Assembly (NCBI GenBank): GCA_965218435.1
Contig: CBDCKW010000009.1
Coordinates: 3,264,001 to 3,328,000 of the forward strand
Length of the DNA stretch: 64,000 bases
Reading direction: 5' to 3'
Source of the DNA: Truepera sp.
GTDB taxonomy: Bacteria > Deinococcota > Deinococci > Deinococcales > Trueperaceae
The translations under genes were made by a program, and so were the position numbers. Positions 1-9,310 of this stretch are shown here, one piece after another. A model generated the notes under the pieces. It made no database searches, was not told where the DNA came from, and saw nothing but the letters and a program-made list of their open reading frames with translations. The stretch's first letter is position 1. Every line of letters begins with the position of its first letter.

Positions 1-1
1 A

Positions 2-130
2 GCGCGGATGCTTGGCGAGATAAAGGTTCCGACCTCACGTATAGCTTACGGATTGCCCGTCGGGGGCGATCTCGAGTACGCCGACGAAGTAACCTTGGGC
101 CGCGCCATCAGCAACCGCCGCAGGTTATAG
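2..130 (+). CDS. recR: RecR, C-terminal fragment (5' end outside window)
   Basis: Frame 2 reads ...[31 protein letters not shown], the conserved RecR C-terminus. Not in the ORF track. Confidence 0.93.
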   Translation, partial: ARMLGEIKVPTSRIAYGLPVGGDLEYADEVTLGRAISNRRRL

Positions 131-192
131 GCTGCGGCTATCAATGTACTGTAAACACGTCTGGAGTTTGCGGCAGCGTGTATAACACCTCA

Positions 193-220
193 TTGACATC
201 AGCTGGGCACTCTATATAAT
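193..220 (+). promoter_or_regulatory. Sigma70-type promoter of topA
   Basis: TTGACA (193-198), 16-nt spacer, TATAAT (215-220); AGGAGG RBS before GTG at 274. Confidence 0.8.
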
Positions 221-273
221 GGCGTGCTTAAGCGTACTTTACTTATTAGGTACGCAGAATCTTAGGAGGCACG

Positions 274-3216
274 GTGAGTCAGGCACAAAAAAGAAGCGTT
301 AGAGGGGGTGGACTGCGCCGACTTGTCATCGTCGAGTCGCCGACGAAGGCCAAGACCATCCGGCGTTTTTTGGGGCCGTCTTACCGTGTTGAGGCTTCGA
401 TGGGCCACGTGCGCGACCTGCCCGCCTCCGCCGCCGAAATTCCCAGCAGCTATAAAGACCAGGCGTGGGCGCGACTCGGTATCAACGACCGCTTTGAGCC
501 CATCTATATCGTCCCGGCAAAGAAGAAAAAAGTCGTCAGCGAGCTTAGAGCTGCGCTTAGAGACGCCGACGAACTCTATATAGCCACCGACGAAGACCGC
601 GAGGGTGAGTCGATTGGCTGGCACTTGGTCGAGGTCTTAAACCCCAAGGTGCCGGTACACCGGATGGTCTTTCACGAAATCACTGAAGACGCCATCCTCC
701 GGGCGCTGGGCGAAACTAGAGCGATTGACCAGCATTTAGTAGACGCGCAGGAGACGCGGCGGGTGCTAGACCGTTTGGTGGGTTACACACTCTCGCCCTT
801 ATTGTGGAAAAAAGTTGCGCCGAAACTCTCGGCGGGGCGGGTGCAGAGCGTGGCGGTACGGCTCATGGTCTTACGCGAACGTGAACGCATCGCGTTTGTC
901 CCCGCGAGCTATTGGGATTTGAAGGCAAGGCTCGAGAAAAATCAGTACGCCTTCGACGCTGTGATGACGCACTTGGGCGGCGTCCGGTTGGCCACGGGCC
1001 GCGACTTTGACGACGACACCGGCAAGCTCAAAGCGGGTCTGACGGCGGGTAAAGACATTTTGCTGCTCGGTCAAGCTGACGCCAAAGGTTTGGCAGATCG
1101 CCTTAAAAGCCAAGCTTGGCACGTCCATAAGGTCGAAGAACGCACCGGCAAACGCTCTCCAGCGGCTCCCTTTACCACCTCGACCTTGCAACAAGAGGCG
1201 AGCCGCAAACTTGGGTTATCCGCTAAGGAGACGATGCGCCTCGCGCAAGGGTTGTACGAAAACGGCTACATCACCTATATGCGTACCGATTCAACCAACC
1301 TCGCGTCCGAGGCGGTCAACGGGGCGCGGCGGGCGGTCGAGACGCGTTACGGCAAAGAGTATCTGAGCCCGAGCCCGCGTTCGTATAACAAAAAGGCCAA
1401 AAACGCGCAAGAGGCGCACGAGGCGATTCGGCCGGCGGGCGGCGACATGAAAACACAAGCGGAGCACGGTCTGGCGGGGCTCGAGGGCCGTCTGTACGAC
1501 CTCATCTGGAAACGCACCGTCGCCACGCAGATGGCCGACGCCGTGCTCAGATTTGTCACTGCGCGGATTCACGTCGGTGAGGGCAAAGCGCAAGCCGAGT
1601 TTCGGGCTTCGGGCCGCACCACCGTCTTCGCTGGCTTTTTCCGCGCCTACGTCGAAGGGTCGGACGATCCTAACGCGGCGTTAGACGACCAAGAGCAACC
1701 GCTTCCTGATCTGCAAGAACAAGACCCGCTCAACTGTAAAAATCTGGACGCGCTCGGTCACGAGACAAAACCGCCCGCCCGTTTTACCGAAGCGTCTTTG
1801 GTCAAACTTTTAGAACAAGAGGGCATAGGGCGACCGAGCACCTACGCGAGCATCATTGATACGGTCATCAACCGGGGCTACGCCCGCAAAAACGGTTCAC
1901 AGCTCGTCCCGACGTTTACCGCGTTTGCGACAAATAACTTGTTAGAGAAACAGTTTGCACAGTTAGTAGACACCGGGTTTACCGCGCAGATGGAAGACGT
2001 GTTAGACGACATCGCGGCGGGTGACCTCGAGGCTGAACCTTACCTCGAGCGCTTTTACCGGGGGCAAGAAGGGTTAGAAGCTCGGACGCAAACGAGCCTC
2101 GCCGAGGTAGACGCTAAAGCCATCTCGACCCTGCACTTCCCCAAATGGGGCGATTATCTGGTGCGCGTCGGGCGTTTTGGGCCGTACGCCGAGGGTGTGA
2201 TAGACGGCGAAACCGTCACCACGTCGCTGCCAGCAGACCTGCCACCTGATGAAATAACGAAGGAATACCTCGAGAAAGCCCTTACAGAAGGCAACGCCGC
2301 CGACAACGTGGTCGGCGCGTTTCCCGAAACCGGCGAGGTGATGATCTTAAAATCCGGTCCTTACGGGCCGTATGTGCAGCTCGGGGACGACGAGCAAGCG
2401 GGCAAACCCAAACGCACGTCGCTCCCGCGCGGGCTCGAGCCGAGCGCCGTCACGCAGGAACTGGCTGCCGGTCTGCTATCCTTGCCGCGCACATTGGGCC
2501 AGCACCCGGATACCGGGAAAGACGTGCAAGCTGCCATCGGCCGCTTCGGGCCGTATGTCAAACACGGCAGCACCTTTGCGTCTTTGCCCAAAGAGGACGA
2601 TGTGCTCAGCGTCGCCTTACCGAGAGCGTTAGACCTCATCACCAAAAAAGAGTTTAAGAATAAGCCGCTCCGCGTATTGGGTGAGCACCCCGAAACCGGT
2701 GAAGACGTCGAGCTGCGTGACGGGCGTTATGGGCCGTATGTTAAACATCAAAAGACGAACGCGTCTTTGACTACGCAGGAGCCGGACACGGTGACGCTAG
2801 ATGAGGCGTTGGGGCTGCTGGCCGAACGCGAACGGACGCACCCAACGAAGAAGGTAACCGGGACGAAAGCTGCCAAAAAATCTACAGGCAAAAAGAAAGC
2901 AGCTCCTAAAAAAGCCGGGGCGAAGACCGCTAAAAAATCCGCAGCTAAAAAATCCGCCAAGAAACCCGCCGGACCCAAAGCCACCCCACGTCAGCTCGAG
3001 CCCTTTTTAGGCGACTTAGACCCCGAAGTGGCCGAGGTGGTGGTGAAGCTCGAGGGGATGCGCGGCGAGCGTGCCCAGGACATCGCCACCGTTGCCGACA
3101 GCGTCGGCATGTCTGAAGAAGGCGTTAAAGCAGCGCACAAACGCGGGATGTTCAAATTGCGAATGGCGTTTGGGCGGGCACGTAAAGACGCCGAAAACGC
3201 GCCCGTTGCCGCGTAG
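274..3216 (+). CDS. topA: DNA topoisomerase I (type IA) with Topo_C_Rpt repeats, Lys/Ala-rich linker and a C-terminal sigma-70 region-4-like domain
   Basis: VIVESPTKAK TOPRIM, ATDEDREGE, SAGRVQS, catalytic ITYMRTDS, AHEAIRP; four G(R/P)(F/Y)GPY repeats and no Zn ribbons. Confidence 0.98.
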   Translation: MSQAQKRSVRGGGLRRLVIVESPTKAKTIRRFLGPSYRVEASMGHVRDLPASAAEIPSSYKDQAWARLGINDRFEPIYIVPAKKKKVVSELRAALRDADELYIATDEDREGESIGWHLVEVLNPKVPVHRMVFHEITEDAILRALGETRAIDQHLVDAQETRRVLDRLVGYTLSPLLWKKVAPKLSAGRVQSVAVRLMVLRERERIAFVPASYWDLKARLEKNQYAFDAVMTHLGGVRLATGRDFDDDTGKLKAGLTAGKDILLLGQADAKGLADRLKSQAWHVHKVEERTGKRSPAAPFTTSTLQQEASRKLGLSAKETMRLAQGLYENGYITYMRTDSTNLASEAVNGARRAVETRYGKEYLSPSPRSYNKKAKNAQEAHEAIRPAGGDMKTQAEHGLAGLEGRLYDLIWKRTVATQMADAVLRFVTARIHVGEGKAQAEFRASGRTTVFAGFFRAYVEGSDDPNAALDDQEQPLPDLQEQDPLNCKNLDALGHETKPPARFTEASLVKLLEQEGIGRPSTYASIIDTVINRGYARKNGSQLVPTFTAFATNNLLEKQFAQLVDTGFTAQMEDVLDDIAAGDLEAEPYLERFYRGQEGLEARTQTSLAEVDAKAISTLHFPKWGDYLVRVGRFGPYAEGVIDGETVTTSLPADLPPDEITKEYLEKALTEGNAADNVVGAFPETGEVMILKSGPYGPYVQLGDDEQAGKPKRTSLPRGLEPSAVTQELAAGLLSLPRTLGQHPDTGKDVQAAIGRFGPYVKHGSTFASLPKEDDVLSVALPRALDLITKKEFKNKPLRVLGEHPETGEDVELRDGRYGPYVKHQKTNASLTTQEPDTVTLDEALGLLAERERTHPTKKVTGTKAAKKSTGKKKAAPKKAGAKTAKKSAAKKSAKKPAGPKATPRQLEPFLGDLDPEVAEVVVKLEGMRGERAQDIATVADSVGMSEEGVKAAHKRGMFKLRMAFGRARKDAENAPVAA

Positions 3217-3235
3217 GTCAAGTCAAGCAGCTACT

Positions 3236-3685
3236 ATGATGTCAATCCTCTTGGGTAGCTCATTTGCAATCATGACCTGCCTGATTGCACTGCTGCATTT
3301 TTACTGGGCAGTAGGTGGGCGTTTGGGCATGACTGCAGCGGTTCCTAGCAGGGGTAACAAACCTTTGTTTACACCAAGTCCTTTAGCAACGGCTTTTGTA
3401 GGTATTGCCCTGTTGCTCTCAGCTGTCGTGTCGCTTCAGTACATCAGAGTTTTAAGCTTACCTTTACCTCGGGGGCTGGTTTCGCCTTGCATGTGGAGTT
3501 TAGGTATCGTCTTTCTCGTTCGAGCTGTCGGTGACTTTAACTATGTTGGATTTTTCAAACGTCAACTGGGTACACGCTTTGCCAAGCTGGACAGCCGGTT
3601 TTACAGTCCTTTGTGTTTACTGTTAGCAACTCTGGTTTTTGGTGCTATTTATACCGTCCCTGCAGCTACTTCGCCGTTTAACTAG
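3236..3685 (+). CDS. DUF3995-like membrane protein
   Basis: IALLHFYWAVGG, RAVGDFNYVGFFK and YSPLCLLL motifs; four hydrophobic segments; start moved to ATG 3236. Confidence 0.8.
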   Translation: MMSILLGSSFAIMTCLIALLHFYWAVGGRLGMTAAVPSRGNKPLFTPSPLATAFVGIALLLSAVVSLQYIRVLSLPLPRGLVSPCMWSLGIVFLVRAVGDFNYVGFFKRQLGTRFAKLDSRFYSPLCLLLATLVFGAIYTVPAATSPFN

Positions 3686-3746
3686 GTGTAGTAAAAGATT
3701 CGAACTCAGTGAGCATAACCGCTATAGCTGCTAGATTGAAGATGGT

Positions 3747-4025
3747 ATGAACGAGTCCGAACCGCTCAACCTCTTAAACCTCGCCAAAACTGAACCGGGT
3801 CGGGCGAAGAGCGCCTTAGCTGAGGGTCTTTCAGTGCAGGCACTAACCGAACCGTTGACGCTTAATCCAACCAAATTGTGGCTCTTGGTGCTCGAGGGTG
3901 AGCTCATCGTTGATTTGCCGCACGGCGACTTCCGCGTTCTTAAGGTCGGGGACAGCGTTTGGTTAGAGGGTCAGGTGACCCTGACCCCGCTGCAACAAAG
4001 CGTTTTTCTCTTTTCTGAAGATTAA
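3747..4025 (+). CDS. Small cupin-like protein
   Basis: LLVLEGELIVDLPHGDFRVLKVGDSV resembles a cupin beta-barrel motif. Confidence 0.65.
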   Translation: MNESEPLNLLNLAKTEPGRAKSALAEGLSVQALTEPLTLNPTKLWLLVLEGELIVDLPHGDFRVLKVGDSVWLEGQVTLTPLQQSVFLFSED

Positions 4026-4034
4026 GTCGTTTCG

Positions 4035-5381
4035 TTACCTAGCCGGACGCAAGAATACCGGACCGGTAGCGTTGACCGCTTCTTCGTAACGCCGCTCGAG
4101 GCGGGCAAAGTCGGTCTCGAGCAAAACCTTTTTGCCGCCTTCACGGAGAAGTTCGGCTTCGTTTAGAAGGGCGCGGCGTAATTCGGTGTTGTCGGTACTG
4201 ACCAAAAGCGTGCCGATAATATCGAGCAAGTGCATCGAAACGAGCATATTGTCGGCGCTGAAGCGGCGAAACTCGCCCAGGGTGTCTTCAACCAAGTTAC
4301 CGAGGTCAATCTGCGGCAAGATGAGCCGGAGGCCGCCCGCTTCATCAAAACGGTGCGACGCGGGTGGTCTCCGCGAAACCATCAGGTGTAGTCCCTGCGC
4401 GATCCGGTCGGCGCAGCGCATCGCGGTCACCGCGTCGTTGACGCCCGGTGACAGCGCACGCAAGGCCATTTCTGAGAGCTGATCGAACAAAAAGTCTAGG
4501 TCGTGCGCGGGGGTACGGCGCGGTCCGAGTGTAAAAAAGTTTGATAGATGCTCGGTTTGGTCTTCCTCTAACACGTTTTTAGGCCACACGAGCGCAACGG
4601 GTTGATCGGACAGCAAAAAGGTACCGGGAAGTTGTAAGCACTGCACCGTCACATTGTGCTCGCCCGCAAAGTTGAGCAACCCGCCCTCGTCTAAGTTTTG
4701 TAGGTAACCGCTGCGGTGCTGCACCAAGGCGACCGCCTGTCCGGTCTGCGGGTCCAGCTCGCGCGGCGTCAGGGTCGCTGGCGCAGCCTCGTCTTCGGGA
4801 GCGGCTTCAGGGTAAAGCTGCCGAATCATTCCCATCAGGTCACCGGCAATCCGCGCGGTAATCGTCGAAGCTTGGATGGATTCGGCGGTGTGGTGGATAA
4901 AGTAGATAAATACCCCGACGTTCAAAAGTGCCAAAACGATAGCCAAGATAATAGACAAGTGCGGGACAAAGGCGGCAACGGTGTCGCTGTCGGTGTGGAT
5001 GGTGCGCAATACGAGCAGACAGTACACATAGGTCGAAACGAACGTGCCGAGCACAATCTGATTGCCCAGGTCGCGCATAAAGTTGCTCAGCAGGCGCGGG
5101 CCGAACTGCCCTGAAGTTAAGGACAACACCGCCAGCGTAATCGAAAAGGTCGTTCCGGCAACGGTAATCATCGAACTCGCTACCGTCGAGACGAGCGAAC
5201 GTGCGCCGTCGGGCTGATTGTAATAACCAAATCCCAGGTTACGAATCGTCTCTAGGCTCAGACTCTGGTCGAGCCGAATCATTAAGGCCGCCAGGACGAT
5301 GGCCCCAAAGGTCATGAGCGACGGCACGAACCAGTAACTCGCACGCAGTGAATCGAAGGTTTTACTCAGCCATTTACGCAT
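4035..5381 (-). CDS. DUF2254 family membrane protein
   Basis: SYWFVPSLM, QFGPRLLSNFMRD and RALSPGVND motifs; ATG 5381 overlaps the mscS stop. Confidence 0.88.
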   Translation of the reverse strand: MRKWLSKTFDSLRASYWFVPSLMTFGAIVLAALMIRLDQSLSLETIRNLGFGYYNQPDGARSLVSTVASSMITVAGTTFSITLAVLSLTSGQFGPRLLSNFMRDLGNQIVLGTFVSTYVYCLLVLRTIHTDSDTVAAFVPHLSIILAIVLALLNVGVFIYFIHHTAESIQASTITARIAGDLMGMIRQLYPEAAPEDEAAPATLTPRELDPQTGQAVALVQHRSGYLQNLDEGGLLNFAGEHNVTVQCLQLPGTFLLSDQPVALVWPKNVLEEDQTEHLSNFFTLGPRRTPAHDLDFLFDQLSEMALRALSPGVNDAVTAMRCADRIAQGLHLMVSRRPPASHRFDEAGGLRLILPQIDLGNLVEDTLGEFRRFSADNMLVSMHLLDIIGTLLVSTDNTELRRALLNEAELLREGGKKVLLETDFARLERRYEEAVNATGPVFLRPAR

Positions 5382-6372
5382 CGTTATTTTTGCTCCCTGA
5401 TTTGGCTCCTGATCCGCCCAGCAATGCTTGGCGGGAGCGTGGCGCACCACCCGAACCACCCGGCCACCCCTCGCGCTGCTGCGTGCGGTCGCCATCTAGC
5501 TCTTCAGTCTGGTCGTGAAACAAAATCTGCTGGGTTGGGTACGGCAGATCAATCCCGTGCTCGTCGTAAAGCACCCGCTTGATGGCGCGGAGTACCTTGT
5601 CTTGCGCTGCCAGGGTGTCGGCCCGTTCCGAGCGTGCCCACCAGCGTACCCGCAGGGCGATGCTCGAGTCGTCAAACGACACCATCAAGACGTCGGGTGG
5701 GGGTTTTTGCAGTACCCCTTCGGTTTTTGACAGCAGCTCGAGCAAGAGGCGCGTCGCTTTCTCGAGGTCGTCCCCGTAGCCGATCCCGAGGTCGTACTCG
5801 AGCCGCCGCACCTTAAACGCCGTATTGACCGTCACCGAATCAATAAACAAGTTCGAGTTGGGAATCACCACGCGCCGCCCGTCGTAAGTGCGGATAAAGG
5901 TTGCCCGCGTTTCGATACTTTCAACGGTACCTTCAAACTCGTTACTGGTAATGATCTGGTCACCGACCCGGAACGGTTCACGCCAAAGGAGCAAAATCCC
6001 AGCGAAGTAGTTTTGCAAAATGTCCCGAAAGGCAAAACCGATGGCAACACCGCTGACGCCTAACGCGCTCAAGAGACTGCTCCCGTTGACCGTCGGAAAA
6101 GCGATGGCCATCCCTAACAAAAGTCCGGCGAGCAGCACCCCGAGCCGAGCCAGTCGGCTGACCGCTTTGCCGAAGCCGGTGCCACGCGTTGCCCGCAAAA
6201 TCAGCCGCCGTACGAGCCCGGAGAGAAAGTAAAACAACACGAAGACAGCTAGACCGACTAAAATACCCGGCAACAGCTGCAAAAAGCTCTTGTATATTTC
6301 GCCGAGTGCGCTCGTTGTCACCGTAACCTGGTTACCCACGGCGTCGGTCAGGTCATTTGCCGGGGCGCTCAA
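5374..6372 (-). CDS. MscS family mechanosensitive channel
   Basis: GFAFRDILQNYFAGILLLWREPFRVGDQI, RTYDGRRVVIPN and IDLPYPTQ motifs. Confidence 0.92.
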   Translation of the reverse strand: MSAPANDLTDAVGNQVTVTTSALGEIYKSFLQLLPGILVGLAVFVLFYFLSGLVRRLILRATRGTGFGKAVSRLARLGVLLAGLLLGMAIAFPTVNGSSLLSALGVSGVAIGFAFRDILQNYFAGILLLWREPFRVGDQIITSNEFEGTVESIETRATFIRTYDGRRVVIPNSNLFIDSVTVNTAFKVRRLEYDLGIGYGDDLEKATRLLLELLSKTEGVLQKPPPDVLMVSFDDSSIALRVRWWARSERADTLAAQDKVLRAIKRVLYDEHGIDLPYPTQQILFHDQTEELDGDRTQQREGWPGGSGGAPRSRQALLGGSGAKSGSKNNDA

Positions 6373-6423
6373 CGGGTTCTCACTTTTTTTGGGTCTCGCT
6401 TCTGGGTTCTCACTTTTGGGCGC

Positions 6424-7200
6424 TCACTCTACCTCGTTGACGGTGATGTTGGGGTTGTCGGCTTTATAGGTCTGCTTAAAGGTGACGGGTTTGCTGCCCC
6501 GAACGCGGATGTTAAGAAACTCGACCATCACCGCAAACGCCATCGAAAAGTAGATGTAGCCTTTGGGGATGTGCTGATGGAGCCCCTCAGCGACGAGTGA
6601 GACCCCGATTAGAATCAAAAATGACAACGCCAGCATCTTGACGGTCGGGTGCCGTTCGACAAACCCGACGATGGGGTTGGCGGCGGCCAGCATGATCAAA
6701 ATAGCGACGATTACGGCAATCACCATAATGGCGATGTCATTGGCCATGCCGACCGCCGTAATCACCGAGTCGAGCGAAAACACCACGTCTAAAACTAAAA
6801 TCTGACCGATCACGGCGGCAAACGAGGCGGCCACCTTTGAGCTTTCGTGGCCCTCTTCGCCCTCGAGCTTGTCGTGAATCTCGCCCACAGCTTTGTAGAT
6901 CAAAAAGAGTCCGCCCGCCAGCAAGATCAGATCACGCCCGGAGATGTCTAACCCTAGAACGGAGAAGAGGGGCGCAGTTAGGCCAACCAGCCACGAAATT
7001 GAAAAGAGCAGCGCGACGCGTGTGAGCATCGCGAGTAGCAACCCGGTATAAACAGCCCGCTGCTGCTGCGCCTGCGGCAGCTTCGCCGCCAAAATCGAGA
7101 TAAAAACGATGTTGTCAATGCCCAAAACGATTTCCAAAGCGAGCAGTGTCAAGAGTGCAATCCAACCCTCAGGGTTGGCCGTCCAAGCAAACCAGTCCAA
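6424..7200 (-). CDS. TerC family membrane protein
   Basis: LEIVLGIDNIVFI, DVVFSLDSVITAVG and HIPKGYIYFSMAF motifs. TTG 7200 follows an AGGAG RBS; an in-frame ATG at 7284 is an alternative start. Confidence 0.93.
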   Translation of the reverse strand: MDWFAWTANPEGWIALLTLLALEIVLGIDNIVFISILAAKLPQAQQQRAVYTGLLLAMLTRVALLFSISWLVGLTAPLFSVLGLDISGRDLILLAGGLFLIYKAVGEIHDKLEGEEGHESSKVAASFAAVIGQILVLDVVFSLDSVITAVGMANDIAIMVIAVIVAILIMLAAANPIVGFVERHPTVKMLALSFLILIGVSLVAEGLHQHIPKGYIYFSMAFAVMVEFLNIRVRGSKPVTFKQTYKADNPNITVNEVE

Positions 7201-7333
7201 GAACCTTCTCCTTTCGCCGCGATAGGGGGCAGCGTAAAGGTATTGTAAGCGAGACGCCCACCCAACTTTGGGGATACTCCGCATGGTAAAGCGTAGTGTA
7301 AATAAGGTAGGAGCAACACGGAAAGGAAAAAAG

Positions 7334-8272
7334 ATGGAGACACGGACACTTGGCACCAGCGACCTGCAGGTTTCAGTCGTTGGTTTGGGTTGTAACAACT
7401 TTGGTGGCCGTTTAGAGCTGCCGGAGACCAAGGCGGTCGTTCACGCGGCGCTTGACGCAGGCGTCAACTTTTTTGATACGGCTGACATTTACGGCGGACG
7501 CGGCGGCAGCGAAACGCAGCTCGGTGAGATTTTGGGGTCTGAGCGGCAACATATTATCCTTGCCAGCAAATTCGGTATGAAGATGAGTGACGACGGGAAG
7601 GAGCAGGGTGCGTCGCGCAGCTACATCGTAAAAGCGGTTGAGGGGAGCTTAAAGCGGCTCCGCACCGACTACCTGGACCTCTACCAGATTCATCAACCCG
7701 ACCCGAACACGCCGATTGAAGAGACGCTCGAGGCGCTCTCAGAGCTTATTCAGCAGGGCATGGTGCGCCGCCTCGGTCTGTCGAACTATTCGGCGGAAGG
7801 CATCAGTCAAGCGCAAGACGAGGCGAAACGGCTCGGCGTACCGGGGTTTGTCTCGAGCCAAGACGAGTACAGTCTGTTGGTGCGCGAGCTCGAGACCACC
7901 CTGTTGCCGACCCTGACTGAACAAAGCCTCGGACTCCTCCCTTATTTTCCATTGGCGAACGGGCTGTTGACCGGCAAATACCACGCGGGTGAAGCGGCTC
8001 CCGGTGACGCACGTTTAAGCAGGCGCGGTGAGGGCGACAAATACTTTAACGAAGAGAACCTAGAAACAGTTGAAAAATTGCGGGCGTTTGCTAAAGCTCG
8101 AGACCGGACGCTCTTAGAACTCGCTTTCAGCTGGCTGCTGAGTAAGCCGGTCGTCAGCAGCGTGATCGCCGGAGCGACCAAACCCGAACAGATCGAGGCG
8201 AACGCACAGGCGGCAGACTGGCAGCTCTCCGAAGACGAACTGGCTGAGGTAGACGAGCTTACGGGCGCGTAA
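7334..8272 (+). CDS. Aldo/keto reductase
   Basis: GLGCNNFG, FFDTADIYG, SLKRLRTDYLDLYQIH and PYFPLANGLLTGKY motifs. Confidence 0.95.
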   Translation: METRTLGTSDLQVSVVGLGCNNFGGRLELPETKAVVHAALDAGVNFFDTADIYGGRGGSETQLGEILGSERQHIILASKFGMKMSDDGKEQGASRSYIVKAVEGSLKRLRTDYLDLYQIHQPDPNTPIEETLEALSELIQQGMVRRLGLSNYSAEGISQAQDEAKRLGVPGFVSSQDEYSLLVRELETTLLPTLTEQSLGLLPYFPLANGLLTGKYHAGEAAPGDARLSRRGEGDKYFNEENLETVEKLRAFAKARDRTLLELAFSWLLSKPVVSSVIAGATKPEQIEANAQAADWQLSEDELAEVDELTGA

Positions 8273-8346
8273 AGTACGCAAGGCGCAAAGCCGGATGGTG
8301 TACCGGAAGCTTGTCTAGCCCCTTGCAGAGCGATACGCTGGGTAGC

Positions 8347-9207
8347 GTGAGTGTCAGCGTCGTCAGTCCCAATTTTGAAGTAGCAGCCGCGTCAGTGGTT
8401 GACGCGGCGACACTACTTAGCAAAAAACGCCTGTTTATTTTGGGCGGCGCGGGCCTCAGTACCGAATCGGGTATCCCGGACTACCGGGGGCCACAGAGCA
8501 GCAAAACCCCGCGTAACCCGATGCGCTTTCAGCAGTTCGTCAGTTCCGAAGCGGCGCGGCGGCGCTACTGGGCGCGGAGTTTTGTCGGCTGGCAACGTGT
8601 CGCGGACGCTCGGCCCAACTTGGCGCACCGGGCGCTCGCAGGGCTCGAGGCGACGGGCCGGGTGACGGGCCTGGTAACTCAAAATGTAGACGGGCTCCAC
8701 CAAGCGGCGGGCAGCAAACGCGTCTTAGAGCTGCACGGCAGTCTGGCGGCGGTACGCTGTCTGGGTTGCGGCGCGGTAAGTTCGCGGCGGCAGCTGCAAA
8801 ACAAACTCCGCGAGTTAAACCCTGAGCTGAACTTCAGGCCGCTCGAGCTGGCCCCCGACGGCGACGCCGAACTGCGTGAAGAGCTCGAGGCGACCTTCCA
8901 AGTCCCAGCGTGCCGCTTGTGCGGCGGCGTCCTCAAACCTGACGTGGTATTTTTTGGTGAAAACGTCCCCAAGCGCCGGGTGCTGCGGGCTTACGACCTG
9001 CTCGCTCAGGCCGACGCGCTCGTCGCGGTTGGTACGTCATTAACCGTTTTTTCAGGTTACCGCTTCGTGGTGCAGGCCGTCAAAGACGCCAAACCGGTGG
9101 TGATTATTAACGACGGTGTAACGCGGGGTGACGGCGACGCGGCGCTTAAACTGGGTGGCCGTTTGGGTACGGTGCTCCCGGCGCTTACCACCCTGCTCTC
9201 GCACTAA
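8347..9207 (+). CDS. NAD-dependent protein deacylase, Sir2 family (class II/SIRT4-like)
   Basis: GAGLSTESGIPDYR, RRRYWARS, TQNVDGLH, LELHG, two CxxC pairs and KPDVVFFGE; TACGCT lies 7 nt before GTG 8347. Confidence 0.93.
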   Translation: MSVSVVSPNFEVAAASVVDAATLLSKKRLFILGGAGLSTESGIPDYRGPQSSKTPRNPMRFQQFVSSEAARRRYWARSFVGWQRVADARPNLAHRALAGLEATGRVTGLVTQNVDGLHQAAGSKRVLELHGSLAAVRCLGCGAVSSRRQLQNKLRELNPELNFRPLELAPDGDAELREELEATFQVPACRLCGGVLKPDVVFFGENVPKRRVLRAYDLLAQADALVAVGTSLTVFSGYRFVVQAVKDAKPVVIINDGVTRGDGDAALKLGGRLGTVLPALTTLLSH

Positions 9208-9310
9208 GCTAAACCTTTACGGCGCACCACCACCTTACAAGCTGGGAATTCGCTGGAAATTTGGGGGTGGGTGTGACATGCTAAACCCCATCAGGTTCAG
9301 GGAGGTTGTC

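Noticed and set aside
243..259. TTATTAGGTACGCAGAA downstream of the topA promoter as a DdrO/RDRM radiation-response motif
   Set aside because: Length and right half fit, but the left half lacks the conserved G and pyrimidines; too weak without a scored matrix search
7201..7290. yybP-ykoY manganese riboswitch upstream of terC
   Set aside because: Only a GGAGTA resembles the consensus; the other conserved elements and the four-way junction are not recognisable
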